A stretch of DNA of 64,000 bases from Oculina patagonica (Eukaryota): NCBI RefSeq assembly GCF_052425735.1, contig NC_135760.1, forward strand, positions 24,924,001-24,988,000. The letters run 5' to 3'. The position numbers were made by a program, and so were the translations under genes. The notes under the pieces were generated by a model. That model did not search any database, was not told where the DNA came from, and saw only the letters and a list, made by a program, of their open reading frames with translations. Positions 1 to 13,400 of this stretch are shown piece by piece; within the stretch, counting starts at the first letter, position 1, and each line of letters begins with the position of its first letter.

Positions 1-46
1 AGAGATAGAGCAACAACTCACCGATCGACAGCCGTCGTCAGATAGG
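1..46 (+). CDS. Putative upstream DNAH10 exon (3' part; coding or UTR)
   Basis: Strong donor AG|GTGAGT at 47. Frame 1 is open and ends in phase 1, matching the phase-1 acceptor at 1440. Confidence 0.4.
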
Positions 47-1063
47 TGAGTTTTTCATTAGTTTGGCGTTAATTCCGGTTTGAAGTGGAGGAGGTCGCCT
101 GTCGGCCGCCGACTGCAAGCCTTGTCTCCTCTTTCTTTCTTACGGCCTTCGGCCGGCTAAATCAGTTAAAAAAGCGCTTAAAACGGCCCGCGCAGGCGAA
201 AAAATACGACACATGAGTCGATAAACATTTCATTAAACTTTATTGAGATATTTAGAGCGAAATGTAGTTTAGATATTTTATTTCTAAAGCTTTATTTCAG
301 TAGCCCTTATCGATTTCAAAATTTCTTTTGTTCGTCTCATGTCAACAACAATAATTAACTACGAACACATAGGGTGGTCTGCCTGTGTTTCTTCATGCAC
401 ATGTACATGTGCAGAACATTGCAAAAGCAAATGCAAGCACAAGTGCACGTGATCTGCATACCATTTGTATATACCATCTTGGAAAAAACATCAAATACGA
501 CCACTTTTATGCATGTGCTTACTCTTGCGGTAGATGTGTATATGTAATGTGCCCCACAGACAGTGCTCAAATCGTACAGATTCAAGACAACTTTATTGAA
601 ACATTTAACTTTCTTTTTTTTACAAATATATAATTATAAACCAATGGCAGATGTTAAATGTGAACCAGACATGAAGGGGCATTATCATGAACATCACTAT
701 GAAAAGTTAAAAGACAAAAAACATATTTAGGGCCTCTTTACTTGAGAGCCAAGATGAGTTTTGTCCCAGAATGAAAAAGTTTTCATTTTATATGAGTGTG
801 TTCATCCCCGGATGCCGGGACGTAAGTCGTCCCGCCCATCTCGCCTGTGCTTACGTTACATTACATTTCATCCCGGGAAGACTGTTTACATGGCGTTTTT
901 CGTCACGTATCATCCCTGGATGGCATTTCATCCCAGTGCTTAGGACAGCCCTGATCATGCCCCGAGTCGCCGGTATGAACACAGTGACTACCACTATCAG
1001 ATGAAGACTCATTTCACTGGCCAGTGTCAGTGGAATCATTTGTCAGTTGACATTTGTCCCAGA

Positions 1064-1367
1064 CAATTCCGGTTATAAGCCCTGGGTTATACAACTTGTG
1101 GGGTTTGGGGGTTAAGGGGGGGGGGATATAGGGGGGGGTATAAAAGGAAAAAAAAAAAAAAAAAAAGAAAGTTGACTTGGAAATACGTTTTTGAGTTAAA
1201 AACGCACAATAAAGCAACATTTAGCCCTATTCAGTACTGTCGTCCGGTAGAGGGCGGCTGATATCCGGGGGGGGGGGGGGGCTTATAATCGGATGTATTT
1301 TTTTGTTTCCAGGATGATGGGCCTATAACCGGGGGGGGGGGGGGCTTATAACCAGAATTTTACGGTA
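1064..1367. mobile_element. MITE-like element with G-runs
   Basis: AATTCCGGTTATAAGCCC vs GGGCTTATAACCAGAATT inverted ends. Confidence 0.55.
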
Positions 1368-1439
1368 ACTGGTTGAAGATGTGCACCAAACTGGTGGTAT
1401 TAGTATTGCACTGATGCCTTTGTTATATTGGGTACTTAG

Positions 1440-4400
1440 AACCAGAACTTCTAGAGCTGACACCTAGTGGTGATGAAGAAGGTGAAAAGACCTCAACAGA
1501 TGGTGCTGAAGTAGTGGCTGCTGAAGGTGATGATTTGGTCATGGAGAGAGTTCCCTCTGCAAGATCCAAGGCTGCTGACGAGACGTCATCTGTCAGGGAT
1601 GGTTCTCAGGCTGCGGAGGCACCACAGACTAATCCTGAGACTGGAGAGGAGGTGGCTGCAACTCCTGCTGAAGGGGCTGAAGGTGGTGTGGCAGAGGAGG
1701 GAGAAGAGCATCAGACCACCCCTCCACTTCCCAGGACTGTAAGTCTACTCTGCACATGTACATGCAATGTTTTAATGCAGTCCCAAATGCTGTGATTATT
1801 GGAACCACGAAGCAGTGTTAACAGTCTGTCAGCCACTGGGCTGTCATTAAGGTTTTAAGCTGTTGTTACATTGAATTTATCACCCGTAACATTTCGCTCT
1901 GTACACAAGCTGAGTGTAACATACATGTTAACACCAATCTCGATGTCTTCACCTCAGCCGTAACAGGATATTACGGGTTATTGCCCTTAATGACAGTCCT
2001 TTGTCAGCCACATGCATTTATCATTTTTTTGAACAAGCTTATTCTTCATTTAAGAATGTTTTGTATTATAGCCGAAGCCCAATAACTCGAACCTTCAAGG
2101 GAAATCAAAAAAGGTTCGAGATATCCATTATCGGGAGTTCGAGTTATTAAGGGTAAAATTAGTAAGAAAATGACCTGAAGGGGAATCAAAAAAGGTTCGA
2201 GTTAGCGGGAGTTCAAGTTACTGAGGGTTCGAGTTATCGGGATTCAACTGTATGTTCATGCAAATCATTTGCATTACATTTTCTATCAGCATATTTTCAT
2301 ATGAAAAAGTTACAACTTCTCAAGGGAAATTTATACCATGTGGTGGTACTTATTTTTCAATTAAGATGTACAATACTTGTACATGTGGGCAGGTCTTGCA
2401 TATATACTGCTTGTCCTCGTCAGGCAATAAGGTTTACTTGCTGGTACATATCCAAGGTGCTACATGTACATACAGTGATGCATATCTTATTTTACTAGCT
2501 GAACACAAGCAGTTATCAGTCAAATCATCACCAGGCCATTTACATCCCAACTCACTACATGATGAGACAAATGACAATATACCTCATTATTTTTGACGTT
2601 CCTGTTCTCTCAAACTTGCATATTTTCTAAAATAAGATACTTGCCACCCCGATCATCTCTCATGGAAATCACATTTTGTTTTATGTCTTTCAATTTGCAG
2701 AAAATCATAATTCAGAAAGTTATCAGGACAGTAATGTACGTTTGTTATGAGCACCTTCCTGAAGAGTTTGCCGATGAGAATGCCTTTTACTTTCTACGGA
2801 ACACCACTGGTCCTGTCCCCCTGCCGTCAACACTGGAGGAAGCAGAAGAAATACTTTCTCCTCTCTTTGAGTTTGGCTCACAAAATGGACCCTCACTGCA
2901 AATGCTGGAGCATCTTCTAACTCTGGTCTACATGCCGCTTCTCTCACACAATGGCCAGCGAAACGAGTCTTCATCTGATAGTGGTAGTCACAGTATTCAT
3001 ACCGGCGACTCGGGGCATGATCAGGGCTCCGAAGAAAGTAGATCAAGGGTTATCTTACGAGATGAGTTCTTGATGAACATGCAAAAATTTGCGTCACACA
3101 TTAGCAGGACAATTCATCAGTTAGAGGGTGATATTCGACTTGAAATGCCTGATGTCATGCTGGGTGATGATATTGCTGAGATGACAAAAGACACAGAACT
3201 GGTAGCCATGTTGGAAGAAACTCTTCACAATTGGGAAGTGACAATCTCTTCTGCCTTGGAAGTACAGCTAAAGAAAACTCCGCAAGGCAATGGGCCCTTG
3301 GCTGAGATTGATTTCTGGAGAGAAAGGAATGCAACATTGAGTGCAATCACAGAGCAGTTGAAATTGCCAACTGTCAATAAAGTTGTGGCTATCTTGACTA
3401 ATGTCCATTCTGAAAGTCTCGCAAGCTTTGAGTATCACAGAGCAGAGCTAACAAAATACTACACAGAAGCTAAGGACAATGTGAGATTCCTTTCAACTCT
3501 TGAGAGACATTTTAAAAATTTAGCTCATGGTGCAAGCTTCAACATTGTCTTAGAGACAATACCTTCAATGATGAATGCTTTAAGAATGGTGTGGATCATA
3601 TCACGGCATTACAACAGAGATGAGAGGATGGTGCCGTTAATGGAAAGGATCGCCTGGGAACTCAGTGAAAGAGTTTCCAAGATTGTCAATGTTCGCACTA
3701 TTTTTAAGTAAGTATTGTCAACTCTTCATAATTTCAGAACTAAATTTGAGGTTTACACGTACAGCTTTACATTGTACATGTACACGCAAAATACTATTCG
3801 TAAGTCTGCGAGTAAGAAAAGAAAAATAATGACTGCCTTAAAGTCACTTTCAATTGACAAGGTAACCACATTTTAAAGGAAATTGTCGCAGTTGATAAGT
3901 GAAAAGATTCTTCAAACAAGGACTACATGTACTGCAAGAAATGTCTTGTGATACATACACCTATCAGTGTCATTGATTCATTGAAAAGAACTACTGTTTT
4001 AGCCATGGGGCATAATTTTTTCCTTACAATAATTATAAATATCACTTTTTCATTTAAAGTAAGCTACAACAGCTTGGAGGTCAATACTTACATGTCTCAG
4101 GTTTTCAAAGTTAATGTCAGTAAATCCCAGCCAATTGGGGATTTCAGTGTTTCTTGACAGTCACAGATGTTCCTGCCATAATTTATCAAATAGAGTGAAG
4201 AGCACCTAGGTTTCCACACTTTGTTCTTCTTTGTACAAGCTCTTTCTCATTAACACCTCCAGTCCATCACAAACTATTTACACATACATGTAACTTTGCT
4301 AATTTTCCTAGGGAGCCGCCTTATCTCATGAAACAAAAAACCTCTGAAGCCAAGAAAACATTAGAAACGTGGAAGGAATCCTACTTTGATGTGCGAGCCA

Positions 4401-7400
4401 AGATAGAAGCTTCAGGCAGAGATGCCAGGTGGGAGTTTGACAGAAAACGCTTGTTTGAGAGGACAGATCACATGGCCTCAATCTGTGAAGATTTGAAGGA
4501 GGTGGCGACGGTGATGGAGGAGTTCTATAACATCTTTGGACCAGAACTCAAGGCAGTGACTGGAGATCCCAAGCGTATTGAGGATGTGTTAAAAAGAGTT
4601 GATGGACTTGTGAAGCCCATTGAAAATGTAAGTTCTAGATGTCCAGTGATCTGTTTGAACCCAGCAGTGACACACTGTCTCTCTCCATCCAAAATGGTGC
4701 TCAGTGAATTATTGCCATGGCAACATAACAAAATTTTGGGGAGGCATGGAAAGGAGGAGGAGGGAGGGGAATGGGAGTAATCTGTGATGGTTCAGGGAAG
4801 TGTTCATCAGGCTATCTTTGAACTTTTATTTCATAATTATATAAAAAGTTGCATTATAACTGGTTTCTGGACTTACAGACACCATGCAAATACTAATTAA
4901 ATTTACTGACAAGTCTTATTGTGAGGAAACAAAAAATAACTAATACAGTTTTTGTGTTTTGCGGCAGCCGCAATGGCTGCAAGCAAAACACATTGAGAGC
5001 TGAAGTTTGTGCCGTAAGGTGTAAGGTGTAAGTGCCGTAAGGTGTAAGTGCCGTAACAGAGGAGAAATCTGAACTACCGATGTCAATCAAATCCATGAAC
5101 AAACAAAATCGAAACCAATAAACCGTAGCGCTGATCGCATTCGAAGTTACGGGCCAAAGTATTCGAACGCAAACCACGTTGGACACGTTGGAAAACAGAA
5201 AACCGATTTAAAAGTATATCGCATTGGGAAAGAAAACAAACTGTGGCGCGACCACTCCAGTTTTATGAGAAAATTATTCTGCAGTTTTCATCATTTACGA
5301 AAAGAGCGAAGACTTGGAACCTCGCCGAAGGTCATAAATATTTTCTCCAAAGGACCGGTTAGTGCACAGTTTGTAAACTTTCGCTTTGAAAATAAACTTA
5401 CCCTCACCTTGTCTACACTGTCTACAGCATACTAGTACTGTATTAACTCTGAACTTCATATTTTAAAATAAAATGTATGAACGTGTAACTTGTCACGCAA
5501 AGACAGCTGGAAAGGAATATACCATGCTGGTAGGCTGCACCGCTAATTGTAGCTGTATTCGAGCTATATAAAAGACAGCTAGAAACGAATTAATACTAGT
5601 AACATCACAATGGGAAAGAAACTTATTCAGTGGTGCACACCGTCGAAAACAAAGAAATATTAAAGGAAGTTCTCATTCACCAGATTCACTGCATCAGATG
5701 CAACATTCGTCAGTTCGTGTTTAAATGCGTGGCGACCAGTTTGTTTACTAGTTATTAAAAAATAATACGGTCTTCATTTAATAAACAGTTCATCCTTAAA
5801 TTTCAGCTTTTCTACGACTGACAGGTAGGTACTATAGTATAAGCCCCGCTAAAATAGCTGGAAAGGGAAAGTTTTTTGAAAAATGAATTTTTGACTGCCA
5901 GACGCGCTGGCGCCACATGTTTATTTTGTGAAGATTAATTAAACGCCGTGAAAAATAGAATTTGATGTCCTCAGTGAATCCTCCAACTTCACAAATTTCT
6001 AAAACTTTAAGAAAACGAACTTTCGCAGAATCAAAAATTGGTCCTTATCGATCTTCCGATCTTGTTGTGAAGACACTGAAATTCGACGAGTGTTCATGCG
6101 TGAAGGGATGACTGACGAATGATAATAATTATTTGTAAACTTTCGCTTTCAAAATGAACTTTGCGTTACGTTCAACGCCGTCTTTCTGTTGTTGTACGCC
6201 GGTGCGCGTGCGATTATTTATAATTTCTGAATTTTGCATATTTAACTCAGGGTGACACAACAAGTTTGTTAAGAGTTAGTTGTTCCAGTGTTTAATTTGG
6301 GTGAAAGTGGTTAAAGAACCACTGTCTTGTCACTAATAAATATATCACATTGAGTTCTTATAAGGTCAATAGATTCTGTCTTTTTCGTTGTTGTTAAAAC
6401 GCTACCATTGTGACAATGATTCCAAATACAACTAACGGTAACCAGTGAGATAACGCCACTAAAAGAATCACATTGAGTTCATTGAGATTTTTTTATAATG
6501 TTAAGAGTTACTGTTTTTTATCAAAGAGACAATCATGTCAGACATTACGTTAACTTACTAGTAATTAAATTGTGTTTGCTGTCTTTGATTTCAACATAAC
6601 ATTGATCAGTAAAATTATCAGGATTGAATTAACACAAAGTGACTACAATATAGTGCAATTATTAACCTGCACACAAGTGACAGACAATAAAAGACGTTGG
6701 ATTTCAATCTCGACTCACTTGTCTTTCATCAACATGTTCCCTAAGACTTTGCTCTAGCAGCAAAACACATGGACCCATTGGGGCCCTATTTTTTTATATT
6801 TTAGCCATTTACGTGCTTGCTGAAGATTGGAAATAAAAATGCATGGGGTTGTTTGTTCCCTGTCACTCCCCTTGCACCCCTTGTTCTTGCACCTCTCTCC
6901 TCCGCAGAGACTCCTTCAGTGGGGGAAGGTGAAAAACATGAAAAATGAGAAATAGCTGGAGCACGGGGGAAGACGGGAAAGGTGAAAGATTCTCTCCAGG
7001 CTCTGCGCGCTTACTTTTCACCTCTCCCCATTTCCCAGCCTGTAGGAAATATGAAAGAGGCCTCTGTGGAGGAGAGAGGTCTTGCACCTTAAATAGTAAC
7101 TATGTGTAGGTGCAAGGTGCAACATTCTGATCTTTGAACTATTTCTGCTTGTTAGGTTGGATTTGATGCCTTCAGTCTCAGGCATGCTGCGAGTTGGCGC
7201 AATGTTATGGACTGGTTCCACAGGGAAGTGACAGCCATTGAAAATGAAGCTAGACACTTCATTGACGACTCGTTCAAGACACTGAGATCTGCAGAGGGAG
7301 CTTTTGACATGCTCTTGAACTTCAGACACATTAGATCTCGTGAAGCTATTAACTCACAAATGATGAAGAAGTTTAATGACATTCTGGTACAGTTTGGAAA

Positions 7401-10400
7401 AGAGGTATGCTTAATTACTTAGAGTTCAAGGTGCATTTTAACCTCTAGGCAAGAACCTTGAACTTGCAGCTCTCGAGCAGCGCTCATCGTCGCTTATGCA
7501 GCACTCATGCAGTCAATTTTTGAAACTGCTGAGCGCTATGAAAACAGTGTTCGTGCAACCTGCATGCAGTGCTCATTGTAGCGCTTGTGAGTGGCTAAAG
7601 CAGCGCTATGTAAACAGATTCTGTAATATTGTACGGGCATGTACAGTGTAACACTGGGAGAATTTTTGCTTTGTTCCCTCTTTACATGGCAATTATAATA
7701 ATTCAGAACCACTAAGAAAATGACAATCAATCACAAACAGTATAACTGCAGATCTATCAGTAGAGAATTTCAACTAAATTCCAAATTGAATTTTTTTTCT
7801 GAAAATACACCATTAGTCAGAATTCTTTGTGTTTCAATTCTGCAGTCATCAGTCATTTGGTGTTGTAGATTTCTAAGTGTCCCTACATGTAACTTCTATT
7901 ACATTCAACTGCTAGTATTGACATTCTTTTCATTTATTTCCCCTCTCCCACACCATCCCACCCTGTACCACTAAACAAAACCAAAAAATTTGAATTTATC
8001 AACTTTATTGGTCTCAATATAATTAAAAACATATAAAATAAATAAATAAATAAATAGCAGAATTAAAAAAAGGACCTAATGGGATTGCACGAATGGGAAA
8101 AGTATCCCATGCGAGGTGCAACCCTAAAATCTAGTAAAAAACGTGATACAAAATCTAAAATTATTAAATGAAATTTGAGAGCAATCTTAGAAAGAATCCA
8201 GAGGCAGGCAGCTCGTTTTTTTTAGAGTTATTTGCTTGACATTTGCATGTTTTATCATAATAGGTTGATGCAATGTATGCACTGTTCAAAGCCAACTCTG
8301 AAAAGCCTCCAATCTTCAAGAATCAGCCTCCTGTAGCTGGGGCCATCACCTGGGAACGCTCTCTCTTCCTTCGCATAAAACACACCATCTTGAGATTTCA
8401 AGAGATGGAGGACATGCTAAACTCAGAGCAAGGGAAACTGGTAAGACATGAATACTGTAATTCATTTTCAACAAACAGGCATCAAGAAATTATGCCGCTT
8501 GGAGGTGGCCTAGGTAATAGCTACCTTTTTTAGGATTTTTTTGGGTTTGAAATTTTCGATTCCGGGATTTTTTTGGGTTGGAAAATTTGGCAAGTATATT
8601 TTTGGGTATCTTGATTTAGATAGGGGATTTTTGGGGTATTAGAAACGAACTAATGTGCCTTGTCGGGTCTTGGCGTATTTATGGTATGATGAATAAACAA
8701 AACGAGCGTTCTTTGTGTTATTTTATTGCACCTCCTGGCAATTTAGGGGTAATTTGACAAGGGATTCTTTGGAGGGTTAATTTTGGTTCAGGGATTTTTT
8801 TTGGGTAATGTCGGAAGACTTAGGGATTTTTTTGGGTCCTGAATTTTGCCTCCATTCGATCATCCCCGTCATTTACAAGCCAGAGTACCCCCCTGAGATC
8901 TGGATTAAGTGGTCCAGGGTCTGGACTGGTCTGCTGTGTTGTGGTCTTTAGCAAGACAGTTGCTTCTCCCATGGTGCTTCTCACTATTCTGGCAATTGAT
9001 GGGTTGTTGGGAGGGGGGGGGGGGGTGTTAACTTGACATTGGACTAGGCACTCGTTGTGGCTTCATGCCTTTTTGGTGGCTTGCTTTAATTACAGTAGTA
9101 TTTCATTTTTTCATCACTTTGCTTCCTCTTTTTTAAAGGCAAGCAAGAAGTATCTTAGTGTGGCTCGGCAAATGAAGGATTATGAAGACAAAAAATATGA
9201 AGCATGGAAGGAACAGGTTGAAGCCAATCTGCTGATCTACCTCAAGAAGAATCTGCTGACTAAACCCTCAGCCAGCTCTGCCACTACACACAGGAGTGTT
9301 GCTGATGAAGGAGCAAGCTCTGAGGATGCTTCAGGAAGCCTGGCTGCAGCTGTGCAGTCTCAAGGTAAAGCAGAGTTCTTTTGTTTCATTGCTCAGAAAG
9401 CCATGTTAAGGGTGTGAATAAAAAAAAAATATTGCCTTGACCCTAGACACCAAGATGCCAAGGCCCTAGTATTTATAAAAATTCAAGACTTCAACACTCA
9501 ATAGAGTCTTTAAAGTTTGGACCATTCAACACCCCTAAAATTGTTGTTGTTTTTTATTTCAGCCTCACATCCCAACTTACAGTACATAGCAGATTTTGCA
9601 CCAGAGTTAGGATTGATCATTATGGAGACCAAATACCTTGAACAACTTGGTTTCCAGGTTCCTGAACTGGCCAGAAATGTTGCTTTGCAGGTGCGTCATC
9701 AAAACTGTTGTGGTAATATTGTGTGAATAATTCTAATTTCTTGCAGATGCTTTCAGGGTTAGATCCAGGAAACTCAAAAAATAATGGGGTGGGGAGGATG
9801 GTAGCAGCTGTGGAGAGAGCGTAACCACATGGCATGGACATGACAGCTTAGTACATGCAGGCCTTAATTGAAAAATATTACATTCTAGAGACAAAAAGCT
9901 CTTACAAGTACATGTGCAGTGCTCAAAATTAGAAAAAAATCCAGGTTGTCCTTATGGCAAATGCCGGACAACCTAAACCCTGAGTTTGGTTGCCCTGCTG
10001 AGGGCTTGGTTGTCCGTATTAAGTGTTGTATTTTTTTATTACAATTTTTGTTCTCAGGTCATGAGACGATAACATTTATTTTACAATTCACACGGTGTGA
10101 AACTGCTCATCCTAAACAAAACTGCAGAATTCCTTTATAGTAAATGAACACAACACTTTCACTTACTTTTAATGTTTATGAAAATACTTCTTTGTACTTT
10201 CAGAAGCGATATACCGGTAGTCATTTTGTAACTTCCTATACACGCAAAAACACACCAACTCAAAACAGCTAAAATGTAAATTATTCCCAGACAACAGCCA
10301 GACAAGATGCATCTCAATTACACGTGGGTCACAAATCTGTTCGCTTAAAAAAGCCAAAAATTCTGAACTTTAGTTTGAAATATGAAAGAAACTTGAATTA

Positions 10401-13400
10401 AACTTTGCTCAGAATTAATGCATTCCAAAGCGCCAAGATATTGTGAATTTTGAAGTCATGCAAACCTGCATACGTAATTAACTAGTCACTTTCAACATGC
10501 GTCAAAATATTTCAACGAGGTCTGTACGTGTTTAAAGACAACACGGCAAGCTTATCTCGGCTTATTGCACTCGACAAACGTCCAATTAACTGTTTCAACC
10601 TTTGCTTTCCTTTTCCTAAGAATTATGATGGATTCCATCGATTAGAAGAGAGCTATTTTCATGTTTAAACTTACATTTTCTTTGGTTTATTCTGTTGGGT
10701 GATCACGGAAATGTAAGTTCTTTGGTTGTCCGGCGGTTTTTTCTCGGGCAACCAGGCCTTAAAATTTCTAAAAAACTGGCTGTCCAACGAACCTTTAGTC
10801 GTCTCGGACGACCGGACAACCGCTAATTTCGAGCACTGCTTGTGTACATGCAGTCATGGTCCCATCAGACATGACAACTGCAATAACTCCAATACAAATC
10901 TGTGGACTTTGCATACAAACAATCTGCAGTCAGAGATGCACTGTACCTGTAGTCTTGGTTGCCGTCTGGAAGCCATAGTTATGAGTTTCTGCTGCTGGCT
11001 ATTCATATAGTTTGCACATTTTGTACAATATATTCTTCTTGTTCAGTATGAGGTTTGTTTAAAAAAAAATAAAAAAATAAATGGTGTTTATAGTGGCCAT
11101 GCACTAATTAGCTTCATATCTCTACGAGATAGCTATAGTTTACAGGCATGCCACTGAAACAGAGGAAACAAATATTTTTAAATGAACATAACAAGGTTAA
11201 AAATCCCAACTGGCAGGAGGCAGACCAGTTGGCTATATACAAAGCGTGGTCAAGGATTTGAACTTGGGACAACTGAGAAACAAATCCAGCTAGTGGCCAG
11301 GGCAGGTCTTGAACCGGGGACCTCCGGATTACAACACCAGCGCCCCAAACCACTCAGCCACGCTTGCCTTCTCCCATTTACAGTAATTCATTTTTGCCAT
11401 CCAAGTGAAAATTTTGTTTAAGTCTGCTTGGCTTTATTATTATTTTTGTTTATTAACTGAGTAATTTTCTGTTACCAGGAAGAGAAGTACATTAAATATG
11501 TGGATGGTCTGAAACTGATGCTGGATAGGTACCACACTGTTCTTGGAAGTCTCAATGTTGCAGAGGTATGTGCATTGTACATTGTATTTACAAATTAAAC
11601 CTGCACTAGCTCATTTGAAGCATTGATCAGACTGATAAAAACGTTGTGTTATTCTTAACTTTACAGACACAACTTCTGGAAGATCACATCAAGGAATTAA
11701 AACGAGTTCTAAAACCAGGGGCGAAGAGATTAAATTGGAACTCACTTGGAATCAGTGACTACATCACAAGATGTGGACAGGTAAGTAAAGGTTATGTCTT
11801 GTCACTTTTGTACTACAATTTGTATGACTGCCAGGCCACTGGTACTGGTGAAGTCTTTGTTTAAGCCTAGTGGTCCATCAATCCTGATTTTCATAGCATG
11901 AAGCAACTAGGAGTATTTCTACTCCCCCCTGGTGGAGATGCTAGTCCATCCCAGGGTTACTCCCCCCCCCCCCCCCCAGCAATAAATTTTTCAGTACCCA
12001 TTTATAGTGTATCTGGCCTCAAGAGTCCTCACGGTAACTAAATTGAAGGAAAATTGCTTGTCCTTGTCGGAATTTAAGTTTTTCCATAAGCGTTGTCGTT
12101 TGTCGCGATTTTATTTTATGTGTTGTCCCTACTTATTGGGCCATGTCGCTTGTTGGAATTTACCCTGGCAGGGCCTCTAGATCTGCACAAGCAAACTAAT
12201 TCATTTGTGAATACTTTTTGTCCACAGGCAATCAGCAAGTTTGAATCACTTGTGAATCAAATCCAGAAAAATGCCAAAGACATCAACAGTCGTCTGGAGA
12301 TGATAGAGAACACAGTGTTGTTCAAGCATCCACCGCCCAAGATAGGAGGAATGCTACCTGATGCTAAGGTGACCAGATTGTTTACAATAATTTTTTTATT
12401 GATAAAGATGCAGGTCAGCACTTATGCTGTAACCCTGGTTTCTGCAGCCAGGAGTAATGCTATCCCCCTCTCAGAATAAGATGCTAATCCACTGTCACAG
12501 TGGGATTTCTACCGGTATTTTGGTGGAGCAGTATGATGGCACAGTGGTGAGAGACCTCACCTCACACCAATGTGGCCTGGGTTCGATTCCTGCCTGGTGT
12601 CATACATGTATGTAGGTTGAGTTTGTTGTTGGTTTTCGCCTTGCTCTGAGCGTTTGTTCCCTCCTTAAAAACCAACATTTCCAAATTCCAATTTGACTGG
12701 ATTATAGCTGCATGAAAACCAGTTAGAGCTGATGTGGCTTCCTCTCTAAATATAGCATATAACAGGTTGCCCAAACAGTTTGTTCATTCTTATTAAATTA
12801 CACTGTATACCTCAGTGTGGAGGGAGGCACTGTGAGAGTAAAGTGTCTTGCCCAAGAACACAACACAAACTGTTCCTGGCCATGGTGTTTTCATCATGTC
12901 ACCTATATAAGATTGATGTTCCATTACTGAGTGATATTGTCCAAGCCTTTAGAAAGCTCTTTCTAAGGTGTTGCATAATGTTTTTATATGCATAATGTTT
13001 TAAAATATCAACTGTTTTAAGTAGTAGTTATTGAATATTCCCTGTGTTTTTCTTGCAGGAGTTCTTTGAATACCTTGAGAAGGCACGAGCCTTAGAGCTT
13101 GAGAACTTGGCTAGGAAATACCGAGCAATTGGTCCACTATTAACAAAGATGGAAGGACTTGTAGTGCACACCAACACAGGCCGATCAACCAAACTACAGC
13201 CTTACTATGCTTACTGGGAGAATGCGGTTTATGAAGCTCTCACCAAGGTTACACAGAAAATGCTCCCATGATGCCTTCCTTTATACTCCTTAAAATGCAC
13301 ATCTGAAATAACATTATTTTGTACAGTACTGTATAAATTATTGAAAATCAAAAAGCATAGCATGGAAGTGCTACTCAATAGCTTTCATTTCAATAGTAAC

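Noticed and set aside
1116-1345. G-quadruplex-like G runs
   Set aside because: Homopolymer runs inside a common MITE; lengths unreliable and no specific functional evidence.
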